The notes beneath the pieces were generated by a model that saw only the letters and a program-made list of their open reading frames with translations, made no database searches and was not told the DNA's origin. A stretch of DNA of 64,000 nucleotides from Minisyncoccota bacterium. Lineage in GTDB: Bacteria > Patescibacteriota > Minisyncoccia > Phycocordibacterales > Phycocordibacteraceae. The stretch covers positions 159,615 through 223,614 of the forward strand of contig DASZTF010000044.1 in NCBI GenBank assembly GCA_035548315.1, given 5' to 3'. The position numbers and the translations under genes were made by a program. Below, piece by piece: positions 56,174 to 64,000 of the stretch; positions within the stretch are counted from its first letter, which is position 1; each line of letters starts with the position of its first letter.

Positions 56174-56703
56174 GAGTGCTGGTGCTTATGCCTCATGCTC
56201 GCACGCTCATGCAGGAGCGTCTGCACGTATCCCCAGAACCCGGCGGAGAGGAATATCGCGACGACGTACGTAAACACGAGCAGCAAATAGGACACCGTAA
56301 AGAGCGCGAAGAGGTCGAGGATGAACATCATCCACCATCCGGCGAACACCACCGATGACCCGAGCCACCACGGCCAGCTGCGGCGCGACATGAACCATGC
56401 GCCGAGCGTAATAGCGAGCGCAAGGGTGTTTTGAATCCAGAGCGGTGAGTAGACGAGCGTATCGGGAGAATTGGGGAGGAAGAACTGTACGTACACGAGG
56501 GCGAGACCGGAGAGCAGTACGGTGGTCATGCCCCACCGAAGTGCCCAGAACGCCCGGGCAAAGTATTCGTACTCTTTGCGCTCCACGCGGCCATCGGCGA
56601 TCGCCTTCGCATGCGCGAGTTCTGCATAGGTCACGCCCCCGACACCGAGCGCCGCACCGATAAGGTGGAGTGCGGCGAGCAGCGTGGCGACAGCTTCCAG
56701 CAT
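56170..56703 (-). CDS. Polytopic membrane protein, unknown function
   Basis: About 5 TM helices, Trp-rich. Confidence 0.55.
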   Translation of the reverse strand: MLEAVATLLAALHLIGAALGVGGVTYAELAHAKAIADGRVERKEYEYFARAFWALRWGMTTVLLSGLALVYVQFFLPNSPDTLVYSPLWIQNTLALAITLGAWFMSRRSWPWWLGSSVVFAGWWMMFILDLFALFTVSYLLLVFTYVVAIFLSAGFWGYVQTLLHERASMRHKHQHS

Positions 56704-56706
56704 GAC

Positions 56707-56937
56707 CTAGCGCATCGCGAGCGCCTGGAGCTCGGCGCGGTACTTCTTCATCACCTCCATCGTGGCCTTCATTTCTGTCTCTCCGCCCTTTTTGCGGCGC
56801 TCGACTTCCTCACCAATTTTCTTAAAGAGTTCGGGGTCCTTCTCGACGAGTGCGATGATCTGCTCCTGCTGAGCGGCAGGAACGTTCTTCATTTTCCACT
56901 TCATCGCCTGCTTCAAAAGGAATGACTGTACCGACAT
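56707..56937 (-). CDS. Small Lys/Glu-rich hypothetical protein
   Basis: 76 aa helical protein. Confidence 0.45.
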   Translation of the reverse strand: MSVQSFLLKQAMKWKMKNVPAAQQEQIIALVEKDPELFKKIGEEVERRKKGGETEMKATMEVMKKYRAELQALAMR

Positions 56938-56954
56938 ATGAACACTCTACCACA

Positions 56955-56984
56955 TTGAGTTCGATGCATGAACTGTGGTATAAC
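56955..56984 (+). promoter_or_regulatory. Promoter with extended -10 (TGgTATAAC) and -35-like TTGAGT (18-bp spacer)
   Basis: caTTGAGTtcgatgcatgaactgTGgTATAACgg. Confidence 0.4.
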
Positions 56985-57017
56985 GGTCTCTGCGCAGCGC
57001 CAGGACGGGAGGTATGT

Positions 57018-57191
57018 ATGAGCGGCGAGCGTATCAAGAAGATCACTCCAGTGCCAAATCCTGCACCCGGGAACAGTGTCCCGCCGGTGGCCGCCAGTCC
57101 AGTTGGCTCAAATGCCGACTCGAAGACTGCGAAGGGTCATCGCGATGATGGTGACATCCCCTTTTCCCAGGGTGGCAGCAATATGGGGTGA
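57018..57191 (+). CDS. Small Pro-rich protein (57 aa) with its own promoter, Shine-Dalgarno and terminator
   Basis: gggagg Shine-Dalgarno 5 nt before ATG; MSGERIKKITPVPNPAPGNSVPPVAASPVGS... An alternative +1-frame 42-aa Cys-containing ORF starts at 57014. Confidence 0.35.
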   Translation: MSGERIKKITPVPNPAPGNSVPPVAASPVGSNADSKTAKGHRDDGDIPFSQGGSNMG

Positions 57192-57204
57192 GGAGCGCCT
57201 GAAA

Positions 57205-57246
57205 TGTGAGAACGCCCGAGGTTCTCACATCTCGGGCGTTTTCCAT
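57205..57246. terminator. Bidirectional terminator formed by two mutually exclusive hairpins
   Basis: tgtgagaac-gcccgag-gttctcaca, or aacgcccgag-gttctcacat-ctcgggcgtt followed by TTTTCC. Confidence 0.6.
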
Positions 57247-57258
57247 TTCCGATCGATG

Positions 57259-57504
57259 CTACAACAGCACCGTTGCCTGATTGCTGGAAATTTCGGCGAC
57301 GCCGCCGTCAACTTCAATTGATTGGCGAGTACCGTCCGCTGTTTTTACGACTGCAGTACCCTTCTTGAGTTCTGAGACGAGCGGTTCGTGGTGCGCCATC
57401 ACGGTGAACACACCATCCACGCCAGGCAGCGTGACTGCCTGCGCCTCTCCGTCGAAGAGGTTCTCGCCAACTTTTGCAATTGTTAGGTGGAACGTCTTAG
57501 CCAT
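57259..57504 (-). CDS. atpC: ATP synthase epsilon subunit (short, beta-sandwich only)
   Basis: MAKTFHLTIAKVGENLFDGEAQAVTLPGVDGVFTVMAHHEPLVSEL. Confidence 0.9.
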   Translation of the reverse strand: MAKTFHLTIAKVGENLFDGEAQAVTLPGVDGVFTVMAHHEPLVSELKKGTAVVKTADGTRQSIEVDGGVAEISSNQATVLL

Positions 57505-57507
57505 GAG

Positions 57508-58899
<1,392 letters not shown>

Positions 58900-59244
58900 T
58901 TAATGTGTGCCCTGCAACGATCCTTGAATTTTCACTTTGAGGTCATCGAGCTGCCTTCTTGTTCTTTTGATGCGCTCTTCCCCGTCAGGAGTGCCAGAAA
59001 CGTATTGGTTATCCTCATTTACCTCATGTTCCCAAGCGGCAAAGAGGTTGTCGACGATGGCCGGAAAATCTTCATTCTTGAATGCTGCGTACGTTGACGT
59101 TGCGTTAATTTCAGCGAGAAATCGTGATTCCAGCGGCTCACCGATTTCGCTTTCTCGCACTAAATCAGACCAATGGTTCCATAGTCTGCCGTACTTTTTT
59201 TCGAAAGGGCTAAGCTGGTCGAACGTCTGGGTAGGCTTTTCCAT
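58900..59244 (-). CDS. Low-GC orphan gene inserted between atpG and atpD
   Basis: MEKPTQTFDQLSPFEKKYGRLWNHWSDLV...; about 47% GC against about 63% flanks; starts 8 nt after the atpG stop and ends 9 nt before atpD. Confidence 0.5.
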   Translation of the reverse strand: MEKPTQTFDQLSPFEKKYGRLWNHWSDLVRESEIGEPLESRFLAEINATSTYAAFKNEDFPAIVDNLFAAWEHEVNEDNQYVSGTPDGEERIKRTRRQLDDLKVKIQGSLQGTH

Positions 59245-59251
59245 ATATGTA

Positions 59252-60160
59252 TTACGAAGCCAGTGCTTCGCGGCCTGACACAATTTCCGACACTTCGCGC
59301 GTGATGGCGGCCTGACGGATCTTGTTGAACTTGCGGGTAAGCTCGTGCGCCACCTCCTTCGACTTGTCCGAGGCATTCTTCATCGCCACCATGCGTGCCG
59401 AGTGCTCGGAAGCCTTGGATTCGAGCAGCATGTGGTAGAGCGAGACGGCGACGAGACGCGGAATAAGTACGCCGAGCACTACCTCCGCTGACGGCTCGAC
59501 GTTATACGCCGCCGGCGCCTTTGCATCCTCGACATCACTCCACTTACCCCGCACCGGGATGATGTCGGAGACGAGTCCGCGCACGCCGTCCACGGAGAGT
59601 GGGAGCAGGCGGCGAGACGTCGGGATCTGCTCGAACGTCGACTTGAAGTTGCTGTACGCCGCGATCACTTCGTCGAATTCTCCCGCGACGAAGCCGCGCG
59701 ACAGCTCACTCGAGAGCTCTTGCATAACCGCCGGCGGCACGTCGTCGCGTTTGTTTTCAATCGCTTTTACCACGTTGTACCCGCGACGTGAGAAGAATTC
59801 ATCCGCCTTGCGGCCGTACGCATACACGCGAATCGATTCCTTCGGGCGGCCCTCGATTGCCGTGACGGCGGCCTTGAGTACGCCGGAATTGAGCGCGCCG
59901 GCAAGACCCTTATCGCTCGTGATCACGACAAGCGCGGTGTTCTTCACCGGGCGCGCCGTGGCGAGCGGATGGCGCTTGAGGTCACTCGTGCCAGAAAGGC
60001 GCGAGAGGATCTGGAGCGCAGCGCGCGCGTACGCGCGACCGGCGAGCGCGGTCTGCTGCGTCTTGCGCATCTTTACTGCCGAGACAGCCTCCATGGCCCG
60101 CGTCACCTTATTGGTGCGCAGCTTGGCTCCTATCGCGTTTTTAATGTCTTTCAGCGCCAT
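59252..60160 (-). CDS. atpG: ATP synthase gamma subunit
   Basis: MALKDIKNAIGAKLRTNKVTRAMEAVSAVKMRK. Confidence 0.95.
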   Translation of the reverse strand: MALKDIKNAIGAKLRTNKVTRAMEAVSAVKMRKTQQTALAGRAYARAALQILSRLSGTSDLKRHPLATARPVKNTALVVITSDKGLAGALNSGVLKAAVTAIEGRPKESIRVYAYGRKADEFFSRRGYNVVKAIENKRDDVPPAVMQELSSELSRGFVAGEFDEVIAAYSNFKSTFEQIPTSRRLLPLSVDGVRGLVSDIIPVRGKWSDVEDAKAPAAYNVEPSAEVVLGVLIPRLVAVSLYHMLLESKASEHSARMVAMKNASDKSKEVAHELTRKFNKIRQAAITREVSEIVSGREALAS

Positions 60161-60166
60161 GAGTGG

Positions 60167-61711
60167 TTACGCGGTCTCGACGAATCGAGCGAGTTTCTCC
60201 TTGAGGGATGCTTCCGTTGCTTCCTCGATATTCTTCGACGACTTGATCGCCTCGAGTTCAGCCTTTGCTTCGCGCATGAGGAAGTCGCGGAGCTTCTTCT
60301 CCATCGTCGAGATCTGCTCCGGTGCGAATGTGTCCATGAAGCCGTTCGTCGCCGCGAAGATCACCGCTGCCTCCATTTCAAACGGAAGCGGCTCGCCGCG
60401 ATTCTGCTTCAACATCTCTGTCATGCGACGACCAGAGTCGATCTGACGCTTGGTGTCTGCGTCGAGGTCGCTCGAGAACTGCATGAATGCTTCGAGTTCG
60501 CGGAACTGCGCGAGCTCGTTCTTGATCTTGCCCGAGACTTTCTTCATAGCCTTGGTCTGCGCTGCAGAACCCACGCGCGACACGGAGATACCCACGTTCA
60601 CCGCCGGGCGCTGGCCCTTGTTGAAGAGACTCGACTCGAGGAAGATCTGACCGTCCGTGATCGAGATCACGTTCGTCGGGATGTACGCCGAGACATCGTT
60701 GTCCTGCGTCTCGATGACCGGAAGCGCGGTGAGCGAACCACCACCCTTTTCCTTGGAGAGCTTTGCCGCACGCTCGAGGAGACGCGAGTGCAGGTAGAAC
60801 ACGTCGCCCGGGTATGCTTCGCGACCCGGTGGGCGGCGCAGGAGGAGCGACATCTGGCGGTACGCGACAGCCTGCTTCGAGAGGTCATCGTACACCACGA
60901 GCGCGTCTTTACCCTGCTCCATGAAGTGCTCGCCGATCGTTGCGCCAGCAAACGGTGCGAGGAACTGGAGCGCGGCCGGTGCAGACGCCGGGGCGGTCAC
61001 GACGACGGTGTATGCCATCGCGCCTTTCTCGGTGAGTTCTGCGACGAGCTTTGCGGTCTTCGATTCCTTCTGGCCGATCGCCACGTAGATACAAATGGGG
61101 CGCGTCGCTTCAGGCTCGGAGAGCTGATTGAGGATCGTGTCGATGGCCACCGCAGTCTTACCAGTACCGCGGTCACCAATGATGAGCTCACGCTGTCCGC
61201 GACCGATCGGGATCATGGCGTCAATAGCCTTGATACCCGTGTGGAGCGGGACGTTCACCGGAGAACGATCGATCACGCCGTACGCTTCGCGCTCGATCGG
61301 CTTCTGGTTCGTCGCGCCGGTGGGGCCCTTGCCGTCTACCGGCTCGCCGAGCGGGTTCACCACGCGACCCACGAGCGAGTCGCCGACCGGGATTGAGAGG
61401 AGGCGCTTCATACGGCGCACGAGCATGCCCTCGTACACCTTCGACGAGTCACTGAGGATCACAGCGCGGACGCCGCCCTCTTCGAGGTTGAGCACGAGGC
61501 CGTAGAGGGGCTCCGGATCCTTGAGCGCAGCTTCAAGACTGCGGTCAAAGGTCGGGTCGAACAGCACCATTTCAGTCATGACGGCCTGGTCGAGACCATC
61601 AATCTCTGCGATGCCGTCACCGGTTGCACGCACGATACCGACTTCCTCGGTACCGCCCTCGGGCTTCCACGCCGCGATCTCCCGTTCGATTTGTTTGATA
61701 ACCGACTCCAT
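60167..61711 (-). CDS. atpA: ATP synthase alpha subunit
   Basis: Walker [10 protein letters not shown]. Confidence 0.97.
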   Translation of the reverse strand: MESVIKQIEREIAAWKPEGGTEEVGIVRATGDGIAEIDGLDQAVMTEMVLFDPTFDRSLEAALKDPEPLYGLVLNLEEGGVRAVILSDSSKVYEGMLVRRMKRLLSIPVGDSLVGRVVNPLGEPVDGKGPTGATNQKPIEREAYGVIDRSPVNVPLHTGIKAIDAMIPIGRGQRELIIGDRGTGKTAVAIDTILNQLSEPEATRPICIYVAIGQKESKTAKLVAELTEKGAMAYTVVVTAPASAPAALQFLAPFAGATIGEHFMEQGKDALVVYDDLSKQAVAYRQMSLLLRRPPGREAYPGDVFYLHSRLLERAAKLSKEKGGGSLTALPVIETQDNDVSAYIPTNVISITDGQIFLESSLFNKGQRPAVNVGISVSRVGSAAQTKAMKKVSGKIKNELAQFRELEAFMQFSSDLDADTKRQIDSGRRMTEMLKQNRGEPLPFEMEAAVIFAATNGFMDTFAPEQISTMEKKLRDFLMREAKAELEAIKSSKNIEEATEASLKEKLARFVETA

Positions 61712-61718
61712 AAAGCTA

Positions 61719-61973
61719 TTACTTATGCACCTGGGTAATGTTCTTATACATATCGATGAGCGCGCGCTTGCCGGTCGTATCCGTCAGCATGCCGTTCTCG
61801 AGTGTACGCGAACCAGAAATAAGATCTGGATTATCCTTGGCACTCTCAGTGCGCGGCGCGAGCTTTGCATCGCGCGCGGCGGCTTCCTTGAGCTCGCGCA
61901 ACACTTGCGGCAGGAGCTTCATGCGTCCTGTCTTCTTCAAGTGCTCGAGAAACTTCGGGTAATCCTTGATCAT
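61719..61973 (-). CDS. atpH: Putative ATP synthase delta subunit, strongly truncated (84 aa)
   Basis: Assigned by position between atpF and atpA; only weak similarity to the delta C-terminus. Confidence 0.45.
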   Translation of the reverse strand: MIKDYPKFLEHLKKTGRMKLLPQVLRELKEAAARDAKLAPRTESAKDNPDLISGSRTLENGMLTDTTGKRALIDMYKNITQVHK

Positions 61974-61977
61974 ATGG

Positions 61978-62424
61978 TTACGCCTTCTCCTGCATCACCC
62001 TTGCCGCGGCAAGCATCGCGAGGCGTGCGATCTCCTTCTCGCTCTCGCGAAGTGCTTTCGCCGATGCTTCCTTGGCGCGCGCCTCGGCGTCACTCTCCAC
62101 CTGCGCTGCGCGCGATTCTGCCTCGCGGATGATGCCTGCCTTCGTCTCATTCGCGCTCTGGCGCGCGGTGTCGACGATACTCGACGCCTCTGACTCAGCC
62201 GTCTTGAGGCGCATCGCAGCCTCGCTCTCCGCGGCAGAGAGCTTTTCTGCAGCTGCGTGAGCGTCCTTGACACCCTGCGCGAGCACTGCTTGGCGCTCTG
62301 ACACCATTTTCTGCACCGGCTTGTAGAGAAGCCAGGTGAGAAGGGCGACGAGCACCACAAAGTTCACGATGTACGCGAAGAGAAGGTGCCAGTCGATGCC
62401 GAAGCTTGAGATGAGTGCAGACAT
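61978..62424 (-). CDS. atpF: ATP synthase b subunit
   Basis: N-terminal TM helix (LLFAYIVNFVVLVALLTWLLY), then Ala/Glu-rich coiled coil. Confidence 0.85.
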   Translation of the reverse strand: MSALISSFGIDWHLLFAYIVNFVVLVALLTWLLYKPVQKMVSERQAVLAQGVKDAHAAAEKLSAAESEAAMRLKTAESEASSIVDTARQSANETKAGIIREAESRAAQVESDAEARAKEASAKALRESEKEIARLAMLAAARVMQEKA

Positions 62425-62535
62425 AGATAATGAAGAAATGCAGTGGAAGCGCTCCGCGGTATTAGCCCCTGCGCTCCGGGTCCCGACTGTCTTCGCAGTT
62501 ACCCCGAGTCGCTCAGTGGCCAATACCGCTCCGCG

Positions 62536-62814
<279 letters not shown>

Positions 62815-62822
62815 TCAAAGGC

Positions 62823-63680
62823 TTACGCCTCTGCGTGATGCAGCCCTTCCTCCAAGGCTTCGCTCATCGCGAGCGAGGCGTGCTCTTCAGAGTGTGCCTC
62901 GTCGTGGATCTCGATCGCGATCTTCGTGAAGAAGAGCGTGAGAAGCGCGAAGATCGCCGCCTGGATGAATCCGACGAACGTCTCGAACGCGAGGAACGGC
63001 ACCGGCAAGAAGAGCGGGACGAAGAACCCGATCACCAGAATGAGTACCTTGCCGGCAAAGACATTGCCGAAAAGACGGAACGAGTAGGAAATGAGACGAG
63101 CGAACTCAGAGACGAGCTCGATAAGACCCACGACGAACTTGATCGGCGACTGGAAATTGAGGAACTTTTTGGCATACGTGAAGAATCCCATGGTGGTGAC
63201 GCCAAAGAACTCGATCGCGAGGAAGGCGATGAGCGCGAGCGAGAATGTGAAGTTGAGGTCCGTAGCGCCCGAATAGAAGTAGCTCGTGACTTCCCCGCCC
63301 GGCGTGGCCGGGGCAATACCAACGCCCTCAGTGATCGGCAGAAGACCGAACCAATTCTGGAGGAGGACGAGCAGGAAGATGGTCATGATGACCGGGAATA
63401 TGCGCTTGGTGACCGCGTCGTTCTGGAGTGTATCGCGGGTGAATTCGTACGGATACATGACGAGTAGCTCTACAACCGACTGGAACTTCCCCGGAATGAG
63501 CTTGAGGTTGCGGCCGGCGAGCCAGGCAAAAAGCACGAGGAGTAGCGAGACGGTAATAGTCGTGACCAAGGTATTGGTCACGGGGAAAGTACCGATATGA
63601 AACAGCGCCAAAGGCGCCAGGTGTATGGATATACCCCCCTCCATGTCTACGCATTCTAGCAGAAAACTCGCTATCCACAA
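62823..63680 (-). CDS. atpB: ATP synthase a subunit
   Basis: Conserved Arg in LSFRLFGNVFAGKVL. Confidence 0.9.
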   Translation of the reverse strand: MWIASFLLECVDMEGGISIHLAPLALFHIGTFPVTNTLVTTITVSLLLVLFAWLAGRNLKLIPGKFQSVVELLVMYPYEFTRDTLQNDAVTKRIFPVIMTIFLLVLLQNWFGLLPITEGVGIAPATPGGEVTSYFYSGATDLNFTFSLALIAFLAIEFFGVTTMGFFTYAKKFLNFQSPIKFVVGLIELVSEFARLISYSFRLFGNVFAGKVLILVIGFFVPLFLPVPFLAFETFVGFIQAAIFALLTLFFTKIAIEIHDEAHSEEHASLAMSEALEEGLHHAEA

Positions 63681-63732
63681 TGCAGAATGGGCCCCGAGAC
63701 ATGCTCGGAGCCCGTTCTAATGTAGCGAGGTC

Positions 63733-64000
63733 TTACACCACCCCGCGTTTGTGCTCACCGACCACGACACGGCGGGGTTTGAACGCTCGTTTGAAGACCT
63801 CCAGGGCCTTCCGAGGCTCTGCATCCCCACACATGAAGACGTCGAACGCTGCGTATCCCTTTTCCGGCCAAGTATGGACGCTGATGTGGCTTTCCGCGAG
63901 GACCGCCACACCGCTGACTCCGCCACCGTCGTTGAAGGTGTGCAGGTGGATGTGAAGCAGGGTTGCCCCGGCTTCCTTCACGGCATCGATGAGCGCCTGC
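63733..64000 (-). CDS. speH: S-adenosylmethionine decarboxylase proenzyme (class 1A), 5' partial at window edge
   Basis: LLHIHLHTF...GVSGVAVLAESHISVHTWPE...AFDVFMCG; the N-terminus runs off the window. Confidence 0.8.
   Translation of the reverse strand, partial: QALIDAVKEAGATLLHIHLHTFNDGGGVSGVAVLAESHISVHTWPEKGYAAFDVFMCGDAEPRKALEVFKRAFKPRRVVVGEHKRGVV

Noticed and set aside
59255-59270. Palindrome cgaagc-cagt-gcttcg near the atpG stop
   Set aside because: Lies inside the last codons of atpG, upstream of its stop, so it is not a terminator.
59969-61396. 475-aa plus-strand ORF
   Set aside because: Antisense to atpA/atpG; Arg/Glu-rich low-complexity translation typical of GC-rich antisense frames.

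Overview
Core chromosomal window of a high-GC bacterium (about 60-65% GC). The reduced gene set and some individual genes resemble CPR/Patescibacteria-like lineages, but the lineage is uncertain. Nearly everything is housekeeping and sits on the minus strand. Identified genes, in order: L27, L9, CtpA protease, CorA-like transporter, CysRS, DnaB, RecR, L21, RmuC, a YqeY protein, tRNA-Glu(CUC), a type IV pilus/T2SS-like operon (3D-domain protein, PilB/GspE, PilC/GspF, prepilin), RodA/FtsW, MraY, a DD-carboxypeptidase, ScpB, ScpA, NIF3, AspRS, TrpRS, tRNA-Tyr(GUA) directly downstream of TyrRS, DnaJ, DnaK and GrpE (grpE is transcribed first on the minus strand), a ribosomal/RNA polymerase cluster (S9, L13, L17, RpoA, S4, S11, S13, L36, IF-1), AlaRS, an M13 peptidase, Ung, MnmA, MltG, LeuRS, YchF, a flavodoxin-like oxidoreductase, the complete F1Fo ATP synthase operon (atpB-E-F-H-A-G-D-C) and a partial SAM decarboxylase gene at the 3' edge. 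No rRNA, CRISPR array, transposase or integrase was seen. The most unusual observations are: (1) a 1134-aa LeuRS with two extra hydrolase modules, an alpha/beta serine hydrolase and a canonical NUDIX box, inserted in and around its editing domain; (2) a low-GC (about 47%) orphan gene inserted between atpG and atpD; (3) a tightly coupled four-gene set of an ATP-cone plus Mrr-like endonuclease, a RecB/Cas4-like PD-(D/E)xK nuclease with two CxxC pairs, and two membrane-anchored proteins; (4) a lower-GC accessory stretch of orphan genes on both sides of tRNA-Glu; (5) several well-formed hairpins and inverted repeats in the dnaK operon and elsewhere, plus a 16-mer present at two loci. Coordinates of some starts are approximate. 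Every functional call is from motif recognition in the supplied translations, not from database searches.
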